Below are positions 36,063 through 51,000 of a DNA stretch of 64,000 bases, piece after piece. This stretch comes from Convolutriloba macropyga. Taxonomy: Eukaryota. Below the pieces are notes generated by a model, which worked only from the letters and a program-made list of their open reading frames with translations, did not search any database and was not told the DNA's origin. The position numbers were made by a program, and so were the translations under genes. Positions within the stretch are counted from its first letter, which is position 1. Each line of letters begins with the position of its first letter. The DNA lies in assembly GCF_964194025.1 (NCBI RefSeq), contig NC_134476.1:12338001-12402000 (forward strand). The letters are read 5' to 3'.

Positions 36063-39000
36063 GTAGAGCTGCTAGCTACCTTTTGCCCTATAAGGGCCTC
36101 TTAAGTGACATTTCAATCACGCTTTCTCGCGAGGCTGGTCACGTGCTCTTTTGAGAGAGAATATGAGAGTATTATGTGCCGAAAATTATGGTAAAGTGCA
36201 AGAGCAGTACAATGGGGAACTTTTCTGTTGCCCCCGCCCCTTCAGTACAACTTATCATGATTAGTATTGCTCTTTTTTATCTACTAGCAAACCATACAAT
36301 GGTGGTTTTCGTGTCTTTCCCATTTAGCCCATGAAGAAATTATAGCCCGCCATTGTCTTATGCTTATATGATGGGCTATTAATTATATGACCCTTAACCG
36401 GGACTCAAAAAACTGAACTAGTTCTTTACTAAAGTTTTTAAGCTGCTCCAAACGATTGACTTTTGTTCCGACCCCACTTGTGGGCGGAGGAACTATATAC
36501 TCAAATGGGTTTTTTTTGTTCAGACAATTTTGGCCGATCGATATAATCATCGTAGAGAGTTGTGAGTGGTATCATTAAACAGCCCGTCCAGCGTAGAAAG
36601 TGGAATTAAAAAGATTTTTTTCAATTTTTGCTTTTTGTAGGGAGTTATTGAGGTTTAAAATTTTGTGAATATTAGACGTTATTCAGCTGTTTTTATTCAC
36701 ATTTTCGGTATTTTTGACCTAATTTTCGTCAATTTTGCTGACGTTTGTTCAAATTGTTAACTTTAGTGTTATTCATTTTATCTCTAAAGATAAAGGAGGT
36801 TTGCTGAAATGTTCGATCCGATTTTTTGGCTAGAACTATGACAAATTTGACTTTTTAGCCCACTTGCTTTAAATTTGCTGGAAGTAGATACCTTAAAACA
36901 AGTTACAAGGCTGACAAACAAGTTAACTGTACTACCGCTGGCTTTGAGAGTCTTCTAGAATTATAATTTTGCTAGTTTTTTGAAAATTTAAAATCGATAA
37001 TTCAACAAAATGAATTTTTGTTTTGACAAGCTGAAAAATTTTGACAAAAAATTGATTCATTTTGTAACCATTTGAACAAACGAGTATTTTATTAGACGCG
37101 CAGCAACTACTGGGTTGATCTTCATCACGCCATGGATCCTTACGATAAAAACTTTTAATGGGGCACGACCTTTCTTTTCAAATTATTTCCGCTACGTAAA
37201 TGTTTTCTTGTTAATTACTGACAAGAATTTCAAATCAGGTCTCAATTATTGACAGATACTATATACATCAAATGTGGTCAAATGCGATTAAATTATGGTT
37301 TCCGAGTAAAGCTCATGGTCTTAGGGCTCTGACCGAATGTTTTCGTAAAAATTTTTTGGACTTCTTCAGTTTCGCTTTCTTTTGTTAATTTTTTTGCAGC
37401 CCAATGACTTATTTCCCCCAATCAAATATCCAATTAGCGTTATAGGAGGTTTAAATTAAACTAGACAACTTTTTCAGTAGTTATCTAATGCCTGTTATGA
37501 CTTTCAATATATTTGTTTTAAGAAAAAATTGGGTCATTTTTGAACTTCGACAATATTTTATTAATACTTTTCTCAACTCCGGGTGCAGTCTCTGAAAAAA
37601 AGCAAAAAGCTTTTTTCTGTTGACTTAAATTAATGTCCGTAAAGGTTTTAAGCTCAACTAACGGTTTCTTTGTTTTGATACTACGCCTTTCAATGATTTT
37701 TTTTATTTTGGAGCAAAATTGCATATTTTTCTAGTTCATTTTGCTTCCTTGTCGAATTATCACAATTATGACAAGACCAAATGAACAAAAACATAAGAGC
37801 AAAAATGCACAGCTTTTGAAAAAGGCTTATTTAAATTTGTTAACTCTTTCTGTTATAGCGTTTATGCTTTTTGGGCCGAAACAAAATTATCTCTCAAAAT
37901 TTTATTGGTTTTTTCTGTTTTTGCCAATGTTTGTCTTTCTTTTTGTTGTCGTACGCCATATATTTGATAACAATAGATCTCAATTGCTTTCTCGAGAAAT
38001 TTAATTCAACCTAGTTAAAGATGTTCATTTATAGCTGTTTGTTTTAATGACTTTCATATTGAATTTAAAAAAAAAAACAATTTTTTCAACTGTATATTTT
38101 TTTATTTCATTTTCGTAACCAAGTAACTCAATCTCACTAATTTCAAGTCTCAGCTACTTTTGCTAACTCAAACATTTTTTGGCGTTGGGTTATGCGTTGT
38201 GACTGATTGCTTCGATCAATATTTTCAATAAAAAACTTTCGAGATGCCTATACTGTTCAGCTTTTGGGTTTAATGTTGTTGTCATGTCTACGTAGTCCTT
38301 TTATAAGGAAAAATCTTTAATGACGAGAAGATGAACATTTACAGTTCTTGGTTGTAAAATCCTATAATTATTGTGCCCTGAACGGTGGGGTGTGTTCTCC
38401 TTAAAATTTTTTTTTGTTTCTTTATATGTTTGTTATTCTCCGTGTTCGTGAATTAGTCTCAATATTACAGGACCAATCGGCTTTTTGACGTGTTGAAGTT
38501 TATTTTATCGCTGTTTTTTGAAATTTTAAGTCTCTGGTGATTTTCGAAAATATTTTTTTTCAAATACATAATTGGGTTTTTTGAGATTCGTCTTTTTTTA
38601 AATAGCTTTTTGGTCAAAATGTAGCTCAGTCTCTGTAAACACAGGTCACAACCCGTTTCCAGTGAGCTTTAGTTTAGCCTCTAAAATTGTTTTAGCCTCA
38701 AAAATTCGTTTCTTGGCTTTGTTACTACTGTGTCTACGAGGTTCTACAAAATATTTAAGATTTTTAATATTTGTACGTTTTATAGGAGTTTTGTCCTCTT
38801 TTTAATATAAAAAAATAATCGTAAGTCCCATTGGCTTTGAAATTTAGCGCAATTGAACATTGGATAATGAAATAACTCAATTCCTTACTATGGAGATATA
38901 AATGAACATATTAGGTATTTTTTTTGATATCTATTGACATTAAAAACTGTGAAATTAATTGTTTTCAAAAATAGGTGCGTATATTTGAACTTCGCACCTC

Positions 39001-42000
39001 TTTGCTCTTTCTTGTCGACCTGTTAACCAGTCGAATTGAAGACAGGTCCCATTTCCTTTCTATTGAAGTGTTTTTCAAATTGTTTTGTTTAGCTTTTATC
39101 TAATGCGAGTTTAAGTTTGTTATAATTTTTTTAATTATAGACATGGAGTTTTGGTTGAGTGTTTGCTGTTGGATGTTTATTATTGTCCTTTCTATTAATC
39201 CTAATGTCGACAACGTTCATCGGCACTCTAGCGTGTCATTATTGTATTCCATTGGTTGTTTATTGAACGATATGTATATTTTTGAAATTTTTCTATCTCT
39301 TCATCATTTGGTAGCCAATTAAGTCAAGAATGTGGATGAGCGGGGTCGGAACCTTATGTGCGTACGCACATTACCGATTCTCTTTGTAATTGTTAATTAC
39401 GCAAAGCAAAAGCTCTGTCCGCACAAATTAGTTGGATTCAATTTTGAAAGAGAGAACTAGCTAACCATTCCAAAACTGATTGGTGGAAAAAAACTCAACG
39501 GCCGAGTACCAAATTATTTTCTATTTTATTTTCAAATTACTCCCAATTAAAATATTTATTTTTTGTTGAATCTCATCACATCCTCACTCTTGTTTTAAGT
39601 AGTTTCTTGGGAATAGATTTTCCATATCTGTCAGGTGTTTTGTGTTGGATTTTCAATTCTCAAAAATTGAACCAAATTTTTCGAGAGGTAAGGGGAAATT
39701 AAAGAAAAACTGCAAGCAACCAAATTTTTTCAACAATTTAAGTTGTTTTTCTTTTTAGTTTTCTCACGACAGATATAAGCATTTCTCTTACCCCTTCTAT
39801 TTCAAAATTTTAAGTCACTGCACAAAAATCACGATTGCTTACCCTCGTCTTCGAGGTACAAAATCGTATCGTAAAAAAACGGTATACGTGAAATTTGATA
39901 TGGAATATCAACAATTCCCTCGTGTGGTTAGGAGGAATAGCTTGATATTTGTCAAACAAGGCACAAAAAAACATCAAGTTTACTCCTTGCGTGAACTTTT
40001 GTAGACAGCAAATACAGGAGAACCAATTAAGCAATCAAATTTTGGGATTGTAAAAGCAAAATTTTATTGATTTACATCAAAGTTATTCTTTAAAATCCCT
40101 GGATAAAAATGATAAAAAAAGCGACTATCAAAATAGTTACCAAGATTAAAAAGGGAGACATAGCCATTAATCTGAGGTGATAACAAGCGATATCGAGGAG
40201 ATTATTGACAAAAATGTTGAGAAGATTGAAGATTAAAGCACAAAAATCGGTAATAAATCAGATAAAAAATGGAGGAAAAAATGAGCTGCAAAAATTAATT
40301 TTGAAAGACATTCCATGCTGCCAAAGATAAAATGAGGTGTCAGGACAAAATATCAACAAACTCCTTACGCCAAAAAACCAATGTCAGGATAAAAAATATT
40401 TCACTCTATTGTTAAAATTACCACATAGACTATTTAATATAATTTGTGATCAAGTATTTTAAATGTAAGACTAGTGAATTTGGCCAAGCCTCCGTGACCC
40501 GTGCGACTTGATTAGAATACTCCGCAAACTCTGCAAACGCTTAAATGTGACAAAATTTTCTTGTATTACCAAATGCTATTGTTTATTCGGGAAAAAAAAA
40601 GTTCAAATGAACTTTGCACGAAAATTGCAGTGAAGCCGGTTAAACCAGAAATCTGTCACTAAGAGCATCAAAATCTTCCAAATTCACAATATTTCAAAGC
40701 CAATTGGACCTTTCGTTAATAATATAAAATAAAAAGAAAACAAAAATCCTTTAAAATGTACAACATAAATAATCTCAAACATTTTACGAAATCTCTTAGT
40801 AAGAGTAGAAAAAACACCAAAAACTATAACCATTATAAAGACTAAAATATAGCTCACTGAAAACGCGTTCTTACCTGTCTTTGCAGAATCTAAGCTATAA
40901 ATCGACCGAAAAGCGATTTATAGAATGGCGAAGCTCAAAAATCCAATTAAAGTTTGAAAACAAATAGTATCAAAAGCAGTAACAGACATAGGATTTAAAA
41001 AAGTTTCAATTAGATTGCAACACCTCAAGAAGCCATCTGCGCCGGATATTAATGAGACCAAGTCACAAGACTACAAAATAAAAACAAATTCAGGCCAAAT
41101 CTCAAACCTCATCAACAACTTTATGACATCACAGTGTTCAAGGCACTATAATTTTAGGTTGTTATTTGCAAGAACTTTAAATTATCAATTGCTTCTCATA
41201 TTAATATCAACGAATTTTCTTTATGAAAGGATTACGTAGACATCACAACAAAAACAGGCCCAAGGTTTGAATAGTATAGAAATATCGACATTTTTAATGA
41301 AACGAAATGGTCGAAGCCATCAGTTAAAACATATAGCCAACCAAGAAAATGATTTTTGATTTAACAAAATTAGTTGACCCTTTTTAGTAGTGAGATTGAT
41401 TACTTGGTGTCAAAAATAAAAGCAAAAAGGGGACAGTTGAAAGATTCTTTTTTTTTAAAAAAAATTTGAAAGTCATTAAAACAAATAGCTATTAACCGAA
41501 GTCTTTGAAAAGTTTCAATTATACGTCCTAGAATTCAATTGAGACCTATCATTATCAAGTTTTTGTTGTACAACAACAAGAAGAAAGACAAACATAGGCA
41601 GGGATAAAAAAAATCCGTGAACTTTTGCCATAGAAATGTGTCTCAGCCAAAAAGCATAAAATATTCAAAAATAACAATTTTTATGTTCAAATACGCCTTT
41701 TTTCCACGACTGTGCATTGTTCCCAATTGTCTTTTCTTTCAATTGGACCTGTCAATAATTCTTGGTCAAGGCGACAACGAAAGAAAATAAACTTATAATG
41801 TATTCAATTAAGCTCAAATTACAAAAAATAATTGAAAATTCTTAGTATCAAAACCAAGAAAACTTTAGTTAACTATAAAACCGTTGACAACAATAACCTA
41901 AAACTCTGAGCAAATGGGTTTCTCCTGTTGTTACTGAGACTACGCTTAAAGTAATTTTTTTTCACCGTAAAATTTTTAACCGTAAGGATCCGTGGCGCGA

Positions 42001-45000
42001 TCAAGATCAGCCCTGATAATGCTGCTCGGCTAAAAATACACTCATTTGTTCATGGGCTGCAAAATAGATTGATTTTTTTAAACACAATTTTTCAGTATAC
42101 CAAAAAAATGATGAATTTTTTTATATTTATGGAGTTTTTAATTGCCAATATTATAATTCCTGAAGACTCTTAAGGCCAATATTACAATTCCAGAAGACTC
42201 CCAAGAATACCACTAGTTCTTTTTGAGCTTACAAAGATTATGAGTGAAGTTCAAAGGTGTCGACTTACAGCAAATTTGAAGATAGTGGGCTAAAAAAGCG
42301 TATTTGCTCCCATTTTTGACAACAAAAAGTCAGAAAAAATTTAGCATTAAATCTGGCCAAAAACAATTCAGATGGAACAATTCAGAAGCTCTACCTTATC
42401 TTTAGGGATAAAATAATTTACACTACCATTAACAAACTTAACATTTTTTACAAAAAATTAACGAAAATTTGGAAAAAATACGGAAAAAGTGAATTAAAAC
42501 AAGGTAATATCGTCTGTTATTCACAAATCTTTCAACTCGAGAACTCCCTGTAAGAATCGAAAACCAACAAAAAATATTTTCAGTTCCATATTCTACGCTG
42601 CACCCGCTTTCTGATGATACACTCACAACTCTACGATGATTATATCGATCGACCAAAATTGTCTGAACAAAAAAAACCCATTTGAGTATATTGTTCCTCC
42701 CCCACTAAAGTGGGTCGGAACAATAAGAAAATGATAGCGCTCAAATAATGGAACCCTGAAAATAGATGTCGTATTGCCGCAGGTGAATAACCAGAAGTTT
42801 CCTTTCCCAAATCAAGACTTTTTCAGGGGCCTATTTCTCACTCCACTTTAAAGTCCCTTCAAACAAAAAATAACAACTCAGTCTTGTTGCGGCCAGCTTT
42901 GCTCCCTTTAGTCCACCGTGACTAAAACACCCGCTCTGATTTGTCTTCTCATTTGCATCAAAAAATTTGGAAAAAGTGAACAGATCCTATAGAAAAACAA
43001 CGTCCCATCACAATCCAAATATTTTTGATAGCAAAGAAGACAGCGCCCCAATACAATCTAAGTTTTTGGGATTTTAGGAACAGTGTTATAAGTTACGCAA
43101 CTGTAATGTTCACAACAAGAGCTGATTATTGAGTATTACAACACGGTTGTTGTTGTCGATATCCAGCTCCGAGACAAATGCGAGTAGGCAAATAATTTCG
43201 AGCGGACGATAAAAACAATTTGGTCATTTTATTTTAAAAATCATTGTGATTACAACAGTTCAATAGCTTACAACGCTAGTTGGGTAGATTTTCTTCTGCC
43301 TTTTTTTGGCCACTACTGTTATATTAGGAGAGTCGTGAAATGAAATGTAATCTCATCAACTACACAATGCATAAATTAAGCAACTATTGTAATCTCAACG
43401 AGAGATAATTAATAATATTCTAAGATTGTCATCACCCTCTCGAAGCTATATTCAAAACTGAGTATTTGCCTTCGACGTTGAACTTCCCCGGGTGGAGACA
43501 ACATGGCTAACTTACGAGACTTTACATTTTTCTTACGAGGGATAATTGACTTGTAAGAACTTACAAGGCTGATGGTTATCTTGTCAATTTGCTCCAAACT
43601 TCACTATAGGTGCCGAAATAGTGATTTTATTGTTCCGACCCATCATGAGGGGGTACGAACTATATACTCAACTACGAACTATATACTCAATTGGCTTTTT
43701 TAATTCAGTCCAGAGTAGAATATGTAATACAAAAGGTTTTTTTGATTTATTTTTCTAGAGCAAGTTATCGATGTTTATATTCTTGTGAATATCAGACCAA
43801 TTTACGTTATTATTATCATATTTTCCGAAATTTTTGCTAAAATAGCCTGAAATAAGGTTTTTTAGTCCACTTTGATTAAATCTATTATACTGTAAGTACA
43901 AAACCGAAACCACTAACACAATCAATCTTTTGAAGATCCAAAGGGGGCTAGTCCTACTTCAATTCTCATTAAGAGTGCTCTGTAATTAAAATTTTGCCGT
44001 TTTTTGCTATTTCTACTCAATGATTATCAACAACGCGGCACTGTTTTTAATTTTTCGAACGCACAAATTATATTGCAGTTTATCGCGTTAAATTATGGTT
44101 TTCTGGCATTAATAGATCCAGATTTCACATTTTTTAAAATTTTTTTTCAATTGCCCATATTTCAAATTTTTTCCGTTTTATCAGATAATGAATTTTTTGA
44201 CCATTCACTTATCACATTATTGGCGTTCAAAATAGGACACAATTGAGCATTTCAAATCATTGAAAGAATTGATTATGGTTTTAAGGGCTTCGACATCACT
44301 TTCTCGAAAAAATAAAGTGAATTTTTTACCACTCTCCTTAATTGTCGTTCTTATTTTGAAATTTTAGTCATACGAAGTTTTCGGGATAATGACAGATCTC
44401 ATTGGCTTTTTATGGAAGAAAAGATGAGTCGATATTCTGATTTTATTATATAGCTGATGGCTTTTCTTTTTTGACTTCGCATTTTTACTTTTTTTATTGT
44501 ATATTTGTTACCTATTTTTGTGAACTACAAACTCAAAAATCACACTATTGGCGTCAAACAAAGGCGCAAGTGTACAAAATTGAATGTTTTTAAAGAATTG
44601 GTTACAACTTTACTTGTTTCGACACGGGTTTTTCGCAAAAGAAAAAGTTAATTAATTTTTGATATTTGCTAAAGTTGACGTTCATTTTCTTGACGCAAGA
44701 CATATTCCTAAAAATTACAGGTCTTAAAGGCTTCCATTGGACGAAATAGCAAACCTATGTGTTTTTTTTTCTTTGTAGCTAATGGCTTTCATGAGTTTGA
44801 ACACAATTTTTTTTCGAAAAACACAAAAGTATTACTAAGTTCCTCCCCTTTTTCCTTGTTTCTCCACTTGTTACTTAGTCTCATTAATGAGAAGTGACGT
44901 ACCACATTATTGGCTTTCCATAAAGGTGCCACTGAATAAATTTTTAGGTGCAAAATAGGGCTTTACGGCTTCGACAGCGTCTTCTCTTTAGTTTTTTATT

Positions 45001-48000
45001 GAAGTTTTGTTTGTTGTTTCTATTTGTTGTTTGTTTTGTAATTGCATAAAAAATTGAGTAATGACAAGTCTTACTGCCCTCAAATAGAAGCATAGTTGTC
45101 ATAAAATTGTTGGATGTTTTCAATTGATTTCTAATGCTTTGCATTACTTTGAAATAAATTGTTTTTGGACTTATAAGAGAGTTTTTTAACTTCGCTGTTT
45201 TTGTTTTTTTGTTTAATTTTTACCGACCCTTATTATATCTGGTGCCATATCTTTTCTAGCGAAATACAAGTTAGTTTAATTAGTTTAAGTTTTATCTGAC
45301 GCTATTTTGACTTTGTTTTTAAGTTTTTTTTTCAAATGGACATAAAGTTTTGGATGTATTTAATGTTTGTTGTTTTTGTTGTTTGATTTTGATGTTGGTC
45401 TTGACTTGCTTTCTCAATAATGGCAGATCTACTCAAAATATTGCGGCATTTTTCACTCTACTGACTTGTGTGCTTTGGAGGCGATCTTTTTGTTCATGCT
45501 TTTTTGTTCATACACCTTTTTTGAAAAATACGTGAATTTTGGGGGTTTTCTATCTGTTCCGCATTTGGTAGACAATTATATCAGAAATTTGGATGGGTGG
45601 GGTCGGAACATTATGTCCGATAGCACATTACCGATTCTCCTTATTTCAGTTAGTTTCTCAAATCTCATTATGTCACTGATTCGTCTGATAGAATCATCAA
45701 TAATACATGACTAATTATCCATAAAACGAATAAAATGGCTGATCTAAAACGACCACTGCAACAATGCGATGGTAACCAATATTCTTGGAATTGATTTTCA
45801 AGAATCCGTAACAACTTTAAATCGGCGCTCGCATCTCGGCTTTCGTCAAAAAAGTGCTTTCGATTATTTTCAAAAATGTTTTTGCTTTCTCATTTGTTTT
45901 CTTTGTCGTGTATATATAGCATCATGAAAGTTTGTAGTCATGGATATTTATTTTAAGAGATTTTGAAATTAATTTTTCAGTCAAGTCGCTCAAAATTTAC
46001 CACCTCATAATTTCAGGCTTTTTGGTTAGTTTTCAATTTAAACATTCCATTAAAAGAGTGGGCGGAGAGAATGGGATATATGTTCAAAAATTATAATTTT
46101 TTCGACAAAATTGTTTTCACTGATTATGACCAGAAAAAAGCAAAAAAGAAATTGTTAAACAAAAAATTTTGTGAATTATAATACACGTACATGTTGCGGG
46201 GAAAATTTCAGCCATTTTTTAGAATGCCCTCTGTATACCTTGTTCGTTTAGGTTGCCAGCTTTACAATTCAATGGACGTATTGTGTATGTCGTTCTCTGT
46301 CAACATCCTTGTCATAATGTCATTCGAGCGGTACACAATGATCAAACGACCCATGCAGAGACAGACCATCAAATTCTATCGTGCGATCATCAAAGGCATC
46401 GTGGCATTTATCATCGCAATCTTCATCTCATCACCAATGTTTGCAATCAGCGACAAACTCACACTAGATATCAGGCAGTTGTTTCCTTTTATGGCAATGA
46501 GTTAAGTTTTTTAAGTTAATAAAAACAACATGCGTAAACAGAATATGGCTGTTCGGTTGTTCGGCTGTAATAACCCAGCTTGTGGTATATCAAGCTAACA
46601 AAGTTGTAACAGAGTTTTGGTGCAACGGAAGCATGTCCGGCCAGGGTTGTGGAGATAGTAGTTCGAGTCCTCTAAGCTTTAATTCTTTAGCATTATATGG
46701 AGTTAGCTGGTACCCCAGTTGGGTTGTTACTTGTCAAGGTTCGGGCAAAAGTTGAATGACATGTTGAGATGGTATCAATTTCCGGAAAATTGGTAAACCT
46801 AAGGCCTTTGAAGATTGCTTACCGAAAAATAAAAAATTGCGAATAAGAGAGCCAAGTTTTTGGAATTAATAGTCGCAAAGAAGAAAGGTCAGTTTTAATT
46901 ACTTAAGATTAAATGCATAATATTGCCATTAAGCATGCAAAAATGTATGACCGATTTTCTCAATTGCTGAAGTCAAAGATTGTGAATGCCGATAAGAATT
47001 ATCAGCAATAAACTTTCGCAAATTCCAAAAAAGAAAACTAATAAAATTTTAACTACAGATTAAATTTTTCGTGTGTAGTAAAATATTATAATAATCTCCT
47101 TAGTGACTGATGAATCGAAAAACTTGCGAGAAGAAGATCTTGCAAAAAATGCAAACGGCTTCCCTTTTCTTGCATGACTCTTGCAAGTTTTTTTATTTCT
47201 CCTGAAAAATTTTGCTTATTCTTTAATTTGCTTGCAGGATTGGCTGCAGTGGGCGACTGGTAGATCTGATATATGAAGGTTAGAGATTAAATAGCTGATA
47301 TTGTGCCGGAAAATTTTTTCAGTCAAGTTAAAAACCGATTTGCAGATTTTTCGGTATGTTCTGGTTGTATTACTCTCCTCATTTTTATTGTGGACGGCAG
47401 TGGCAGAGTTAATTATATTAATTATAGGACAATCGATCAGAGCACTAGGTATTAAAGCAGGCTGAAAAAGTTCTCTACAACATTACGTGAACTAATAACA
47501 TAACATAAAAAATTATAAACGCTAATATTTTCTGGACAAAGTAATAAAAAAAGTGACAATAAACAATGTACCTTTTGTTTGAAGATCTACAAGGAAGTAA
47601 TAAAATTTCTAAACAACCTAAAAACTGGGTCCAAAGATTGTTTTCGTTGCCGTTTGATGCCTTAAAGATTATTTGATTGGAAGTACATTGCTTTTTTGGC
47701 AAAAAACGTTACTATTTGGCGCAGTTTTGGTTTTGCATCATAAGTGTTACCGGTTTTGCATCAAAATCAAGTTTTTAACAAGGCCATCTAAAAACTCGTT
47801 GCGACTGCCAATCATGAGATTTTTTGCTGCAGAAAAATTTTAAGGCAAAATTTGCGAAATATCAATATTCAAAAAATTTTCCTCTTTTGGTTTCTCTATA
47901 AACATTTTGTTTGAAAAAATGAAAGAAAAGAGTTGCAAGTAATTGTTTTTGTTGAAAAATTGGAGTTTAAAATTTGATGACTCGAGATGTTTCTAGGTTT

Positions 48001-51000
48001 TTATCGGAATAGTGTATATGAATTCGGACTCTTGCAGGAAACTTGCAAGATTCTTGTAAGACTTCACATTCAAAAATCATTTAGAAAAATTTGATTCAAT
48101 TAAAATCAGTTCTGCTGATCAAAACTCTTGTAAAAGTCTATTAATTTGGTTTTAAGTTAGTTTTAGAAACCAGAAGTACTAAAAAGACAATAATGACAAA
48201 CTTGCCAGACTCTTGCAACATTTTGATTCCGGGTTTAAAATTTTTCCATGGATTTTTGTTTCGTAACATGTTTAATAAACAATAAATTACTTCAAAGGTG
48301 TTTTCTGAAACATTAGTACCCTGCTTTTGTTGTCTGGATTAATATTTTGCAAGATTTTCGCTCATCCGCTCATCACTGAGGAGATCCGCTCATCAGTAGG
48401 GAATGTTTTTCAACGATGAAGTTTAATTTCGTTAACTTGATAATATTGAATCATTTTCTTTCCAAATATTCTGTTTATAGTATATTGTCTGCGTGCCATA
48501 TTCGACAGAATAAGCCGCAATTTTATAGATCACTTTTTAAACGGTCTTCCTTATAACCTTCGTTACAGAAACTTTTTCATTATCAGTAATCAGCTATGTT
48601 AGAAATATGTGTAATCAAATGTATGTTAGAAATATATTTAATTGTATAACTGTTCCGAATCTCAAATCAGTTTTTTTGTTCAGACAATTTTGGGCGATCG
48701 ATATAACTAACCATCGTAGAGGGTTGTGAGTGGTATCATTAAAAAGCCCATCCAGCGTAGAATATGGAACTAAAAAGGTTTTTTCAATTTTTGTTTTTTA
48801 TAGGGAATTATCGAGGTTTAAATTTTGAGAAAATACAGTGAATTCAGGTGAAATTTTATTCACATTTTTTGGAATTTTTGACTAAAAATTCAAAAATTTT
48901 ATTAAAATTTGTTTATTGTTTTAGAAAGTGTTGTTGATTTTTATTTGTAAAGACAAAAAAATTTTGTACGCTATTTTCAATATTTTTTGTCAAAAATTTT
49001 GGCTAAATATTTCAAAATTAAGATTTTTTCATCAAAAACAGCATGAAATAAGTTTCTTTAGTCCAGTCTGATTAAATTTACAGGAAGTACAGACCCAATC
49101 AGCACTAAAACAATCTTTGTAGACTCAAAAGAGGCTTTTTCTACTTCAAATTCCGTTGAGAGTGCTCTGTAACTAAAACTTCACCGTTTTTTGCTAAATT
49201 TATTCGTTGATTATCAAAAACACAGATTCTATTTTTGATTTTTAAACTATCAAAATAGCAAAATCTATAATATTCGAATAATTAAATGTTCCTAATGGAC
49301 AAACAGAATTAGCGGGTCTAGTTTTGACCAATCTTGGCCTGGTATATTTCAAAAAAACTTCGGTTAGTAATCAGTCGGTCGTTTTTGTAAAAAAAATTCG
49401 ATCTTTCTACATTAATTAAATAACAAAACATTTAAATCCAAAGCTCACTAATCATAGTTTTAGTTCGCTTCCTAATTAGCTCCAACTTATTCTATCTAAT
49501 TGCTTACTTGAAAGCTCATGGTCGTTTTGACTTTTAAAAGTATTTGATTTTCAAATAAACAACGACTTATTGCCCCCAGTCAAAGATCCAGCTATTTTGA
49601 AAGAGGTATTAATGAACCTTGACACTTCTTTCAGTTGTCATTTAATGTCTGTAATGACTTTGAATATACTTGTTTTACGAAATCATCGATAAATTTTGAA
49701 CTTTGCCACTATTTTATCTTACTTCTGTCAACTTCGGGAGCAGTCTCACTAAAAACACGCGGAATCCAATTTCCTGTGATTCATAAATTAATGTCCGTAA
49801 CGGTTTTATCTTCAACTAATTTGTTTTGAGACTATTCCTTTTCAGTTTTTTTATTTTTGAGATTAACTGCAAATTTTATGAGTTCCTTTTGTTTCCTTGT
49901 CCAATTTTCGCATTGTTGACAAGTGCCATTGACGGAAAGCATAGAAGTGAAAATGCACAACGTTGAATAAAGGCGTATCCGAATATTTAATTGTTTTGTT
50001 ATATAGTTTATGCTTTTTGGGCTGAGACAATTATCACGCAAAATTTTATGGATGCGTTTTGGTTTCGCCTATGCTTGGTTTTTAGTTTTTGTACGCCATA
50101 TATCTTCCAGCAATAGTTGTCAACTGCTTCCCAGGGCGTATCGCTCAACCTAGTTGAGGGATTCAGTTGATAGCCGTTTGTTTTATGACTTTGAAAATGA
50201 AAATGAAAAAAAAATCTACTGTACCTTTTTTGCTTTCATTTTTTTAACAATGTAACTCAATCTCACCAATTCGAAATCTCAAATACATTTGTTAAGTCAA
50301 ACATTTTTTGCGCGTGGTTATACGTTGTGACTGATTGCTTCGGCGATTAATTTCCTAAAAATTTTTCGATATTTCTACACTGTCCGATTTCTATTTTTTG
50401 TTGTCATTTAAACGTAATGCTTTTAGAAGGAAGACTTTTTGACGTGAAAATGAAGAGAGTGTGACAATTTACAGTTCTTGCAGGTAACAGCTTCTAATTA
50501 TATTGCCTTGAACAGTGTGATCTCGTAAAATTGTTCGAAGTTCTGGCTTCTTTATATATTTGTTGTTATTTTGTGGGTTGGTGAATTAGTCTCATTATTA
50601 GTCCAATTGGGTTCCTGAGTTACTGCAACTTAACAGATCGCTGTTTGTTGAAGTCATAAGTCTGTTAAGACTTGTGAAAATATTTGTTTTCAAAAAAAAA
50701 TAATTGTGTTTTTGAGCTTCGTCTTTTTTATTTAATTTTTTGGTTGATTTGTAGCTCAGTCTCTGTAAACTCAGGTAACAACCGTTTCCTGTGAACTATG
50801 AATTAATCTCTTTAACCGTTTTAACTTCAAAAATTTGTTTGTCGGCTTTGTTACTGCTGTTATTAGGAGATTTCATAAAAAAAATGAGATTTTTTTTTGT
50901 TTATACATTTTTTAGGACTTTTGTTTTCTTTTTAATTTATAACAATAATCGTAGGTCTCATTGGCTTTGATTTTTTGCGCAATTGAGCATTGGATAATGA

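Noticed and set aside
47107-47122. CTGATGA-ATC-GAAA minimal hammerhead core (and a similar reverse-strand motif near 48355-48396)
   Set aside because: No complementary strands for stems I and III.
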